Position numbers and translations under genes: made by a program. A DNA stretch of 64,000 bases from Ramazzottius varieornatus (lineage: Eukaryota > Animalia > Tardigrada): contig BDGG01000004.1 of NCBI GenBank assembly GCA_001949185.1, forward strand, positions 2,257,620 through 2,321,619, in the 5' to 3' direction. Position 1 is the stretch's first letter. Each line of letters opens with the position of its first letter. Of the stretch, positions 41,841 to 55,400 are shown one piece after another. The notes under the pieces were generated by a model that saw only the letters and a program-made list of their open reading frames with translations, was not told the DNA's origin and ran no database searches.

Positions 41841-44800
41841 TCAGAACGATACCGCAGTTTTGGCGCCGGTTTGAAGGCCCATTCGTTTCGTTAGAGAGGA
41901 CAAATTTGAAAAGTTATGCACAACGGCTGAGCGTTGAAGCTTCCCTGAAAGAACATCGTGCGATGACGACACGGAAGTAAGACCCCGCAAAAGGTCGTCC
42001 AGCTGCTTGTCGTCCAGGGGAGAAATCTTTGGCGACTCTTGACTTCCTTGTCGGGTTTGCGCTTTATACGGCGCTATGTACGGAGGCCTCGTCGCAATTT
42101 TCTGACCATTGATCTGTACAACTGCATGCGTCAGCTTCGGATCCGTCTTCGGAACATCACTCTTTGATTCAAAGTGTCTTGCCAAGTTACGAATAGAATT
42201 TGAAATCACCCTGGACTTTGACAGAGGCTTCTCAGCGACGTCCAGTGTCTGTGGTCGTGATCTGGAATCTTTCTGATCGTTTCTCAGCAGCCGGAAGGCA
42301 GCGTCATCTTTCACCACATCAGGTTTCTTCGACGGTTTACCATTTGACGGTTGCTTTCGTTCTACGCTGTCGATCTTGGCGTAGTCATTCCGAAAGCTGG
42401 GAAACTGCTTCGACACGTCGACGTTCACACGGTACTGAGGGGTATTCTGCGCCTGTATCATCTTTCGTACGTTGGCGTCGTCCATTTCAACGTGAGGCTG
42501 TGCTTTCTTCGTGTCAGGATAGTTGAGGAACTCCAGATCGGCTCCTGTAAAAATGGTCGGAGTGTGAAGGAATGACATGAGGAGATAACTGGTGTTAGGC
42601 AGGTTAGTCACAGTTGAAGAATCCCGTTTGGCAGCCTTACGGTAAGCTGTGTAGTCATCTTTCTGTCCACCTCGCCCGACGTCACCATTCTCTCTGCCGG
42701 GCTGTTTTACGTTCTTTAGATTGTCCATTGTTGTGGATTTTGGTATTGGTTTTTCTGTAAGCTTCGATGTCAGGTCAGCACTGGTCCTTCGCGGTAACCT
42801 GGCCCATGGTGAACCCGAATTTTCAGCAGGCAGTATGGATGCTGTTTGTCCCTGACTGGTTGGTTCATTTAGCGGAATACAAGATTGACTAAGTAACTGA
42901 GTGGACGTTGTCAGGTCTCGAACAGGGTTGGGCTGATTGGAGGTACTCGACTGATCGTGGATCCATTGCTTTGTGTATTCTTCCCGGTCTTTGGCTGGAA
43001 GCAAGCTGTTATTGGCATTTTCCGGCTTTCGGTTTTGAGGCTCCTCGGGGACATGGCGGGGTGAGGACACTCCAGAATCGCTCCGTACATTTGATGAAGA
43101 TTTTAGCGTGACGTCTTCCGACTTTGTGCTGAGGCTTTCGTAGAACTCGTCCAGTTCTTCCAATGCTCGTTCCAGCTGCCTACTGTCTGCTCCGCTGAGC
43201 GGTACCCTCCGAGATGGAATATCCAGTCGGTTACGGTCACGGGACGACATGGATTCCGAGCGTATGGGTCGGTATATTCCTGGCCGTGAAGAGGACTGGT
43301 GGAGATGCCAGTCACTTGACCAACGTGGAACTGCCGACGAGCTCGACGCTTCTGTTGGACTGTCAAGCGCCTTTCCTGATTGACTGGGCAAGAACGTCCT
43401 GTTCCCTGTCTCGCCTAACAAGTTTGAAGCGGCGTTTGAAATCTTGAGGGCGTTGTGGAGGATCTTGCTGTCGGCTAATACGTGGCCGCCGATGGGAAGA
43501 AATTCGGTGGACCTTGCTGAGCTTAGTAACAGTCCGTGGCGAGACGTTTGGCTGGGAACCACCGCACTGCGAAGGGGAGAATGCGGTGAACTTGGCGAAA
43601 CTGGATATCGATGGCTTTCGGGCTGTCGATTGTCGTAAGTCGAGGCCCCGGAAGCCACACTAGATTCCAGGCGAGGCATCTCAGTTCGCGCAAAGAAATT
43701 CAAGGCGTTAGAGTTCATGCCGGCTGGCAGGGAAAGCCGGCTCTTGGGCTGGCTCCACGTCGAGGACGATGATCTGGACATTCCATTCACCTGAGTAGAA
43801 CCGAATATTGTATGGCGGAATCCTGACTGCAAAATGTTCCTGTTGGTTTACCTGAATATGGCCTTCGATAGGTTGGATGATGCCCTGTGGTTCCGAGTAC
43901 TGAGGAAGGCTAATTGGGTTCTTCACAGGCAGGTGTGACGGGCGCAGCGCGACAGGTCTTGGCAAGCTGGGCACATCAGAAGGTGCGCTGGACATTGGTC
44001 GGACCTGACTAATGGAACTGATTTCCATGTGTGATTGAGCATGTCGCAGACGTCGCCCGGATCCCGGTGATGGACGCTGTGACGAGGACGATAAGTTGTG
44101 GAAAGACGAGGAACCGGTGAGAAGGCTTTGGGTAGACGCCGTTTCGGAGGATTTCGACAGCGGGCGGGAATTCAGCCATTCTTCTAGCGACGAAATGTCC
44201 GGTGAGACGTTTGAGGAAGGCTTTACATTTGGCACAGCATAGCCGCCATTTTCGCTAGTGATACGAATGCTCGGCATAGCAGCAAACTCTTCTGTGTTGA
44301 GAGGACGGGAGGAGGCACTAGCTTGAGACTCTCGTCTTCTTGTCTAAAAAAAGAACCGACAATTAAAAATGAAAATCAAGAAAATAATGAAGTATTACAC
44401 GAAGGACAGAATGTTGCTGAAGAGGTAGAAGACAAAATTGGTGCACCGGTAACAATCTCGGGACGATTTGGATCGCGAGTGACGCAGTTTTCTATGGTAT
44501 TGGCTGGGATCGTGCGCCACTTGATTTATAACGATCATCCCGAAATTGTTTGCCGGCCTCCAATTATCAGCAAACTCGAAAAGTGCCGATCAGTATATTC
44601 ACCTGGAGCAACTGAAAAGCTCTGGACTGCCCAGTCGTAGGTTTCTCAGGATTGACTTTGGCAATATTGGTAACAGCGTAGGGCCGGACGACACCCGTTG
44701 ACGAGGGAGGAAATTCCGTTCGGGACAGTGATGACGTACGAGTACTGTGGGGTACCACAGATGGGTCACGAGAAGGTGTTCTGCTGTTGAGTGAGCTGCT

Positions 44801-45382
44801 TTCCCGTGAGCCGCGTTTCCGTCGTGGAGACCTCTCCCGCATTCGCTTGAAGCCTCCATCATCGTCGGAGCTGGAGGTCGAGCCCTTTCGGCCATGCGGT
44901 GTCCATCCAGCGTCTCTTTTAGCGTAAAACCGTGCAGTCTTCGCATCAAGGGAGCAATGTCTCTTCGACTTCCGCTTGCCCGAACGCTTCACCGACTCGG
45001 TAGCAGGCTCTTTCACAGTGGTTTCCCCTAACGACCCATGAAAAGCTTTCTCCATGGACTCTGAGGGCTTCGCGGTGGTCACTGATCTCATACGGCTCTT
45101 TAGAATTTCTAGAGCGTTCCTTGGCCATTTATCGGGGGACCTTGCTTCTGCTGAGGAGTCGCTGTCGCAGCTCTCGTTCGACTTGGCTCGTTCTTTCCTT
45201 GTCCTTGCGTTAATCACAGTTTCGGACTTGGCCCCCGAGTTGGTTCCTCCCGGCATGCTGGGTCCTAGCGGTTGTATGGTGGACAGATTTCTCTTTGACT
45301 GAAGTCCCCCGACACTTGCCATACCTCGCACTAATATGGAGCTATGGTCCGGAAGCAGTGTGGCTATTTGCTGAGTCTGCAA
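41841..45382 (-). CDS. Large S/P/R-rich protein (over 1000 aa), possibly smallish/LMO7-like; 5' exons not identified
   Basis: Three long ORFs join in phase 0 via introns at about 44344-44601 and 43792-43850. Repeated motif xKDDxAxRxxxxD (QKDDYTAYRK, HVEMDDANVRK, PDVVKDDAAFRLLRND) resembles LMO7/DUF4757 repeats as I recall them. No LIM domain seen. CDS is confident; identity is tentative. Confidence 0.6.
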
Positions 45383-48300
45383 GTAAGAAGACTAAGTAAA
45401 TAAAGTGGATGGCTTACAAGCCATGCGAAAGAATACACAGAATTACGGAAGCTCAGAAACGAACCACATAATTTAGCAATATACGCTCGCTCAAATGAAT
45501 AATAGTTCCTCGTAACTTTCGAGCTCAACTCGGAGCACCACTCTAGATTATGGATGAATATGTATTTGGTCCAGACTCAACAAGAAGGGCAGAAGTCGAA
45601 CATGAGCCTTTTGCCAAAAGTTGATTGGAAGGGAAAGATGAGTAATTTAGCAACGGAGAATTTTCGCAGAAGATCTTTCACAACACCGCACTCCACACAG
45701 CATCCTCTCTATTTATAACGAGGCGAACGAGTGCAGCACTTGAGAGATATGAAGGAATTCTGGGCGAGTTTGACAGTCAGCAGTTTCGAACTGCAGACCG
45801 TGAACGTAAATGCTTTATGCGCGGAATAACGATCGCTCTATCGAAAATAATCTGGTGCTGGTTGAGAACGATATAGATACTGCATAATGGTCCTTTTATA
45901 AAACTGTTTCAGTACGCACAGCAAGAGCTCAATATGATCAGCATCAATCGGAGGTCCTCGATTTTCAAGGCGACAAAGCAAATGGTCTGTCATCGGTCTC
46001 ACAGAAAATAAGGTCAGAGTGTGGCTCATGTTTAATGGACTTTGATGAAAAGCATATCGCGATCCTACTGATATGACAGTATCAGTCTGTACTCGAGATC
46101 ATATTTCGCTTTCCACGTAATTACACAAAAAGTCCGTCAAAATTGAAACTGTAGTGCCACGCCCTATTCAAATTCTCTAGGTCGATCGTCGTACACTTGC
46201 ATAAAGAGCAATCTGGTTGTCTGACATTCAAATGACCAACAGTAAGAGTTGTAGGGTCACTCTACATTTGAATATGTTCGTTGTTTAGGTGGCAAATATT
46301 AAGCAGGCCCAGCTTATCATAATTATCGCACGTCTCATCACAACGAACCAGCCGAAACGAAACAAAATAAGCGCTTTGTGTGAATGGATTGTGTAAACAG
46401 GTTTGCGCTGCTTCATGAAAAATCAATGACCACTTCAGTAAAGATTATTTTGGACTTTGCTCGTGGGAATACAGGTGAGTCAACATGGCGTATTGTTATG
46501 TGGTTCGTAACAGGGGAAGATACTGCGCTCGTCAAACCATCACGCGAAAGCCCATCCAACGTTTACAGCGTTATTAAAACATCGTTTTGCGGTGGCTCGA
46601 AAAGACGTACGTGGGTGTCGATTACCAACACGGGAATATTTGGCGCGCGAACCGGCATTTTCCGATTGAGAAATTATCAGCCCACATGTTGTCAACGAGA
46701 CAACAATGTTGAGCTGCCTTGACTTTGTTAACACGTGCAGCCGAAATATAAATATTTATGATGGGTCCGTGTAGACCAAACGACCCAAGAACTGGTTATC
46801 CCAAAAGACTGGGTTCCACGGCCAGTATAGGAAAAAAAACAGCTTGCAGCGACAGAAATATTCTCACTTACAGATCACACGCAGGAAGAAAGGGTTCCCT
46901 CCGTGGTCGGTAGAGCAGTAGCTGCGGTGTCGGTCAGCGACCATGAAACTATCGACAGTTGATCGAAGATTAGGCTTCGAATTCGAGCTTCCGCAAAGAG
47001 TTCGGGTGAAGTTTCAGCATCAGCCTGAAAAGAAATGATTGTAGTATTTAAAAGGAGTGTAGAACTGTGGTCGGAAAAGACGACTCTATTGATTCGCTGG
47101 GATACCAACATAAAAATGATATTCTGCGTGTGTCGGATTAGGCAGATCGAAAGACCGGTCTCATAGGCAGACAAGGAACCGTAAAGGCTTAAGTGTCCGT
47201 CAATGAAGAGTCATATTCTTAACGGAAAACAGCAGTCGCCACGTCGTGCTGTGAAGACTCGCTATGCTGCACATGAATGCTGATCTTTCACACGAGGGAT
47301 ATTTTTGAGGTGCAAATCAGATTACAGAACACATGGTGACTTACAATTGAGGAAGGTTCTAAATAAGTTCCGAAGCAGGCTCGCAAAGTGCGCGTGCGAG
47401 ATATAGATCATCACGGAAGATCAGATGCCGGCAACACTGTCGTGAACGACGTGAAGTGAAGACCAAGAAGATGAAGAAGCATAACCAGGCCAAATTCGGC
47501 GCGCGACACGACAGCGGCAACAGCAGCAGCAAAGCTGTAAGCCACTTGACGAGGCAGTATACGGATCATGTTCTTTATTTTGGATCCATCTGCCATACTT
47601 TACAAAGATGTACGGTCCGCTCAAAGCCATCGTTAGTCAGGCTGTACCGTCGCATAGTTTGTGACTTGTTGCCTAAGTCAATAAGCATACCATTATTGCC
47701 ACATGGCCGCTAATCCGACCGCAATCCCAAAATCCACTTTGACGAAACCTGCAAGTTAAAGGTGCCATGATTAGCTACAGAAAAATGATGGTATATTTAT
47801 GCGAACGAGAACCCGTCATGAACCCTGTCCGCGACGAGATGTCACGGTACTCGCACCGAAACATCAGAATTGGGGACATGAGCACATGATTCGAACCAGA
47901 TCGCTTTCCCAAGTTTTACCAGCCAAGAACAATAATAAATTCCCCCCCCCTTGCTGTGCGACCTCGGCTCGGAAGTTTCATCGTTGATATGTCTATTGAA
48001 ACGTCAAAAAAGGTTTATCGGTTCGACGCCGTCGTTTACGATCCATTAGGCCAATAACCAGAGGGCTTATGATGCATGAGAATGACGCGATAGGTAACGA
48101 CTTGACAATGTAACGCATGTCGACAGTCAATGGTCCTTGACCAGCAAGTAGCCATCACAGCTTCCGCGTGTGAACTCTGCCCACCTCGCAACCTGGCTTC
48201 TGCAATAGATGACAGCCTGACAGGTATTGCTCAACAAGCTCTTCATCTCTACCGGATACCACTTCCTTCCCAAGCACGACGAAGAACCAACCAACTACAG

Positions 48301-48538
48301 CCTACACAAGACGGATAGATTTTCTGATCGTAAACAAAGGCCTTCTTTCCCTACATTCAACAATATTTTCCTCTGGTGCAAAACGATTTTTGTCTACACA
48401 GTCCCATGTGAAAGACCGAAGCTAGAATAAAAATTTTGTAAAACTCGAAAAAGACTACAGGAAGTGAGCAATTTGACCGCAGAAAAACGTTGATACAAGA
48501 TGTCCGTTTTGCAGAGAAACTGACCGTACTGTAAGCGC

Positions 48539-50981
48539 CTATTTGCCGGCGGTGGGTCGTAGAATGGCACTTCTCGAAGGTTTGCACGGTTCATGTGGAC
48601 ATCCCGCGAAGCATGCTTCATGGTAAAAATGTCCCCGTTCACACCGCACGAATCCCTTCTCCAGCTGGAGGACTAACTGTACATCGATGGGGAAAATTCC
48701 ACACGGACATCCTTTGTGCAGATGGATTCTCTTGCTATGCATGGCGCAGAAGAGTTTGGGCTGCCCTTGGACCATGCGGAAGTTTTGCTTTAAGGCGTTA
48801 GCACTGCAGGTCTGTGTTCCAGTGGGACTGTAAGGAGCATTCACAACCGCCTGACAGTCGGGACAGCCTCCTTCGAGAATCCAGCTTCGTTCTTTGTCTT
48901 CCAGCAACTTCAGGGACTTCATCTGCTCCATCGAGACCATGACTTCACAGCCACAGTGAAAGGCCTCAGCGACCACATTCACACTGCATTCCAGCTTTGC
49001 GAACTGAATGAACAGCATACCAATCCGCTTTTTCGCCTGCTCTCGACCCCATAGCGACATTTCTTTGTGCTGGTGAATGTAAAATTCTAAATACCGTAGC
49101 TGCTTGCGACACCTTTGCTTGAAGGACGCAAAAAGTACACCGAAATCGTCGAGATCAGTCAGAAAGAGCTCCTCATCCACTAGACGAACGTAGTCCTGCA
49201 GGTCCATCTCGTCGAACCGCACTTCTTTGGTGTTCTTGAAGGTATTCTCCAGCTGATCCTCCGTGGTCTTGATCTTTGAAACGACGGGCTTTTTCTTCAT
49301 ATCTCTAGACAGCGAAACCAGTAGCTTCTTCGTGCGCTTGAAGGCGACATCGACCAGAGTCTTCTGATCATTTCTCGCACTGAGCGACTCTGGCTGGGAC
49401 GAGACTTTCGATTGAACGGTGTGCTTGCACGGATTGTTGGAAGAAGGCTCTATGGCAGTTCCATCTGAAGCAAACAAAACAAAATTAGTTCACCGGGCTT
49501 TCGAAAGGACTGCTTCTTGGCATTTGGGATGTCGCCCAACGAATTCACTCAGATCGTCATCCCGAGTGGCGCAAGCTCTTGATTAACTGTAGTAAAATCG
49601 TGTGCCACTTGAGGAAGCGATGTGGCTAAATTTCTTGCCAACATCAGTTTTACATACCGTTATTCTTGTTTTTAGTGCTGTCGTTGATTCCGGCTTCGGT
49701 CTGGGCATCAGTGCGTCTATCTTCCAAGTTCAGGTGCTTCCGCGTCAAAGACTGCCTCACCGTGGCCTTCTCCTGTGAGGACGCAGGGGTCTTCACTTCC
49801 TGCTCCGCCTTCATCTCGTCCGCTTTCGCCAAGGAATGTTTCTGCCAGTCGACGTTCTTGAAGTACGAAAGCGTAGCTTTCTTAAGCTCCACACTTTTCG
49901 ACTTTTCAGGCTTCCAGGAAGCATTGCCAGGGGTGTTTCTGTTCAACGACACCTGAGGCGAACGGCGTACGTCAACTTCTATCTCATCGCCGGTCGAGAG
50001 GACAACTCTGTGAGTTAAAACATCAGCTTCTTCGCGCAAGCTCGACTTCAGCTTGTCGGAAGGCTTTTCCAACTTCTTCCGAACAGTTTCAGTCTTGTTG
50101 TTGATGTACCGAGAAGAAACTCGCTTCGGACTTTTGGATCTTGTTCTGCTTCGTCTGCGTTCTTTGGATCGCGATCGCCTTCTGGTTTTGGACCGTGTGC
50201 TGGATCTGCTTCTACTGTAGCGACGTTTGGGCCAGCGATCTCGGGTAACGATGACCTCTTTCTTCCTTCTCCTCGACGATGATCTATCTCGTCGCTTACT
50301 TCGGTCTTCTTTGCGAGGCAACTCGTCTCGTTCTTTCCACCCGGTCTTTTCGGATGATCGTCGATCCTTCCCACCAGCAGAGGTGGGTTCTTCCTTCATA
50401 TCGGAAAGGGCAGCGAACTTCTGAACATTTGTTGCACAATGCGAATACTCTGGAGTATAGCCTACAAAAACATCTGACATTAGACTGGCATGGGTGATCA
50501 CAAAACAAACTGCAGCACGATACTCAAAAAAAAACGGAGCACTGGTACATACTGATTTCAGTTTTCAAATGCTGATGGGGATCCAGCTGATCAGTCTCCT
50601 TCGGTAATGAAAGAGGTGCTGCTGATGATTTGTCTGGAACGAAGAAGGGATTATATTAGTTGATGTATCTGTGAGAGGAAGTGAACTACGTGCAGCGAAG
50701 TTCTGCACGTTTCGTTCGAGCAGCGGATTATTCATATTACAGCTTCACCACTTACCGTACAGTCCTCTTCTCGAAGTCAGCCTAGGGTCTATCGGAAAGC
50801 CGCCCTTGTCGAGAATCGTCTCCGTCATGAAGCCGTTTGTTCCAGTAGATGTCTTGAAAACGTATGACGGTTCCGAAAGAGATTGAGCTGGGATAACGAT
50901 GTACTGCACCTGCAGTGGTTCTTTCTGTATGAAGCGATCTTCCGTCTCGCTCATATCATCTCGTCTTCGAACGTCGGACAT
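48539..50981 (-). CDS. RS-rich protein with a C-terminal EHMT1/2 (G9a/GLP)-type cysteine-rich RING-like domain, with no ankyrin or SET domain
   Basis: At least four phase-compatible exons. RRYSRSRSSTRSKTRRRSRSKERRRSRTRSKSP tract. C-terminal CQA..TCSANALKQ..LFCAMHSKRIHLHKGCP-CGIF..FVRC..HFYHEAC..CPH. Confidence 0.7.
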
Positions 50982-51114
50982 CTAAAAGCGCATTTACCGC
51001 CTTTATCGCAAGGCATCCTTAACCTAGTTTTGATAAGCTAATTAGAGCTATCAACTGAAAAGATCATAATTGAAAATTACGGTTCAAGGTCACAGATTGC
51101 TTTTCAGGGGTGTC

Positions 51115-51278
51115 CAGTGTACGACAAAATTAACCGTTAAAATGGGAGTAACATTGTAGCTGAGCAAACTTACAACTCGGCCAATGAGAATCAGATTTTA
51201 CTACATGCGCAAATTTCATTAGCTTTAACCATCTGGCTCCATAAACCCATTTTCAACGATCTATTTTTTCGTACACTG
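51115..51278. mobile_element. Degenerate Tc1-type MITE, 164 bp
   Basis: CAGTGTACGACAAAATTAACCGTTAAAATGGG versus reverse-complemented right end CAGTGTACGAAAAAATAGATCGTTGAAAATGGG. TA on the right flank only. Confidence 0.65.
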
Positions 51279-52472
51279 TACAAGCGCAGCCCCTGGCAGC
51301 CCCGCACAGCTTGCTGGGGTTCGCCAAACCAAACTGTGGTTGATTACCTGATTGATTTCGTAGCAACTGGCAGCACTCTGATCCAGCGCTGCTTTGATGA
51401 GTCAGGAGTTATGGCTTATGACTTCATAAAAAAATTGTTTCGAAATTCAGTCTTCTCTGTTTTTGATGTTCTGACTTGTTGACTCCTTCGAATCTTTCTG
51501 ACTCCTGAGCATACACGAAGTCATCTCTACGGAGCCAGCTTGGGAGTGATGCTTGTTGCAAACGGACAAGACGTGGAAGCTGTATTCGCATTCAGTTATC
51601 TGGGATACTCGAAGGATCACAGTGAGACAGTTGCCTAATTGATTGCATCCCTAAAGCACAATCTTGTTTTCACGATGCGTTTCCTTCCAGTGAACTGGAG
51701 AAATTGACTTTGCCACCGATTGAGACCTCACACTGCATGGAGCTTCGCTGAACTAGGTCTTTATTTGGGGCTGGAGTCAGTGGGCTTTCTCAGCTTGATT
51801 TTTGATGGGCTACAAGTCACATAAGTGCCAATCCCGGTATTGTTCACCTGGATGACTCAAAGATGCCTCTACGTGCTGTTTCTGGGTGTGGATTCCGGTC
51901 TTCGACTTCAAGGACAAGTTGAACTTCTTCATGTTACAGTGAGCAAAATGATTCACATTCTCGTTCTTCCCAACGCGAACATCGTGAGAAGGCAATTATT
52001 CTCACCTGATAGTTTACCGTAGAGTACTGTACTATGTAGAGTACTCGTACAGATAGATGTCTGACGCATTAGCAAAAACTCGCAGGCGTTAGCCACCACC
52101 TTCATCTGTAACCTGACCTTCCTTTGAATCTGTTGCAACATTGAACGCAGGTGACATGTGCCACTGTGATGTTTCTAATGTAACGATAACGTACGCTACC
52201 GGAAACCGTTTGTCTTTTTTGGTTCGGCGTTGAAACAGTGTGCTTCCGCCGCGCAGGCTCTAAACTCGCGTCTGTGGCTTTATTTCTACAGGTTTTGGTC
52301 AAGTGCGCTTGGCGGTCAGTTTGGCCGCTTAATGCTTGCTTTGTTTTTGTTCTGCAAGATGCAAGCTTGTATCGCTGCTTTCCAACGCCCGATTCCCCTC
52401 AAGATGCACAAGCTTCGCGCTTTCCGTTTTTCGTTCTGTCTGCGTGCTCCAGAAGCTTTGTACATCCACTAG

Positions 52473-55400
52473 ATGAGTATGGAATGCCTGGTCGCTTTCC
52501 AGACTTTCGTCGATGAAAGTCTTCGCGACCTGCATGAGGAAGTCGAATATAATGGTAAGTTTGTAGGACTTTATTTATTCTGTTAGAGCTAGACCAACTC
52601 GAGCAGATATTTATTTCCAAGCGGCGCACGCTTGCAGACAATTTAACTGAAAGCGTGCGCCAATTGACAAGCGATCTGGTCGAGTTTAGCTGCGCTCCCA
52701 GTTTTCATAATTATTTCGTGTCTCGCACGCTGCTTCCGGAAATCTGCCTCGCTTTGTGGTGTCTGGTCGAACTGCCCTTTTGCAGGAATACGTTTCCGTG
52801 TGAAGTGTTTTTACAGGTTCAGTGACGAACGTTTATTTACTTAGAAGTTAGGATAACCGGTTAGAAGTGCGCCGGGTATTTGGTCTCCACTCAAAAGGCG
52901 TCGAACTTTCTGACCGGTCTAGATAGAAACTGACCACACGTGCCGCGGTGGTCACTCCATTATGCAGTGGTGCTGTTGAATTACCAACCTACACACATTT
53001 TGGTAATCTGAATCCTGTTTGCCTTCATTCATACAACATGAACGAGGTTTTGACTTGTGGAAGTATGAAAGACTGGTTCTGCGGGTAGTATATAATAGTT
53101 GATAGATAAAAATTTGATGATTCGACGTGGTCACACTCTGTTGACTACTGAACGGTTCTTTTTTTTGTGTGGGATTTTTTGCTCGCAGTAGCGGATGAGA
53201 GTGTTTTCCATGGTCGCTTCGCGCGGGAGTCTGCGTCAGATAGATAGGGTTGCTCGGTCGAGTGGGCGCTAGTCGATCTGTTTCTCATCAAACCAGATAT
53301 TTTAACGATTTTTTTGTGCCAGATGACTTCCAGAGCTGTGAAACTCAATCTTGTGCATTTGGTTCACAGTGAGGTCGCTGTCATTGTGCGTTGAGAATCT
53401 CTGTGAAATCTGGAGCATCTCAATCTCGATGCCTCGATCGGTATGTCACCTTCGCAGTGAACCCAAGCTCCCTGGATTATTTATCTTTCTCCACTCTTAA
53501 AATTGAGATGTTGTCCCGATCGACCGTGCCACACTTAGCAGCGCACAGAGATTTCTACTGGAGGGGTTTACGACTCTAGTTCGTCACATGATTAGATAAG
53601 AGAACGTCGTCTACCTAAAACATTGAAGGTTGTGACGGCGTCTAAAGTTTGCAGACGACTTCGCTAGCATTTGGCATATGACAGTTTCTCACACTCATCT
53701 TACTTTTAGCTGATGGAAATTGAAAGTTTGTTTGAAAAAGAGTTTTTGATTGAGTTTCCAAAATCGATTGCCTCTATTGGGGAGTGGAAATTGATCAAGA
53801 GAAACGTTACTTCCTGTAGTTACCTTTGACCTACGTGTCTTCCTGTGCGTGCGTTCGATACGTGCTGATTGCTCTGAAGGTTTCCCATCCGCTCGATTAT
53901 GATATGCCCCATTCAACACCAGTATCAGAGTGGGGTCTGACAGTATCTACGTCAGCGTCGAGATGGGGAAAATATGTTTCTCCGATCTTTAATCAAATTG
54001 TCGATCGATTGACAATATAGGTACGAGACTCAGTGGGTTCCACGGAGCTCCTGTAGCTCGTGGTTCTGAAGGAGAATTTTTTCACCTGAACAAATGTCCG
54101 TTTTTGATCCCGTGATCAGTTTTGATGTGATGGGTCTTTGAGCAGTGTTTCATCTGTCGTTTTTGCTTGTTTCAGCATCTCTTCGCGCCAGTGGACAGCC
54201 ATCTTCAATGTCTAGGACACCACCAGTGAATGACACTGAGAGTTTACGACATTTGTTGGGCGAGGTAAGTTGATCTTTTGTGGTTATGGCACGATTCCTT
54301 GGGTTATCTCAAGGTTGCCGTTGCTATTGACAGTCACATCTGAATAAACCATCTCCTTTGTTTCGCAGAAGGAAAAAGATCTTGAGCTAGCTGCCCGTAT
54401 TGGACAGTCGCTGCTATCAAAGAACCGCATCCTTCAGGCCAACCATGACGAACTGGCGCAGTTGTTTACCGTTGCGCAAGACGAGGTAAGCGGATTACAG
54501 CCGGTATAGCCCACCATCTTTACGGGGGCTGTAAAGTCAAGTCTTGCCATGACAAATCCCGGCCGCGAACAGGGATTTGTAGCGCGTGCGCGTACTCGCA
54601 CTCAGTCTAAGCAGCAAGCTCACTCCTGCGCTTGTCGTTACAGCTAACGCAACTTCGTCATGAATTATCGATGAACAAGGACCTCTTGAAGATTTACGTC
54701 CACGAAAACACACCCGAGGCTGAGAATGTGGATATCAATAGGTGAAACGAAGCTGTGTGGTCGGATTAGTTCATGTACTCGCACATTGTTCTGTAACTGT
54801 TGCTTTTCGTATGTTTTTAGTGAGGTACCTAGCGCGTCACTACGGCACATCCGGTCTCTTCAAGAGAGGTTGCAGCAGCTCGAAGATGAGAATTTTCGGC
54901 TGCGACAAGATGTTAGACTAACAAGCAGATTCTAATCACCCCTTATTATGAGTGCGATAAGTTACATCGCATCTTGATTTTAGGCAAGGGAGCTTAGTGC
55001 TGAGGCGGCAGACTTTGAAACGAAGGAGACGGAAATAATTCACGGTTGCGTGAAAGAATTGAGTAAGCGTACATGCAATTATTTTAATAAGGGTTCTACC
55101 CGAATGTTGGTCAAATATGAGCTTCGTGATGCGGAAACCTTTTGATACTTATCATTGGGTTCGAGCGTATAGCTTTCATTGTGTTGACTTCTTCGTTGTT
55201 ATAGCCGAGCAAAGCGAGACAATCAGGACTCTGAACGCACAACTGAAGAAAAGGTCCGAGGAGAACGCGATCCTGCACGATGAAGCTGCCGCATTGCTTT
55301 CCGAGGTAGGCTGTAAAGGTTATCGTCAACCGTGAAGAAAGTAACAAGTCGTTAACTTTTTACGAACAGATAGTGAAGCTTCAAGCGCACTTGAAGAAGG

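Noticed and set aside
43826-43850. Apparent 25-nt GT-AG intron
   Set aside because: A 59-nt intron using the downstream acceptor at about 43792 gives the same frame and a normal size.
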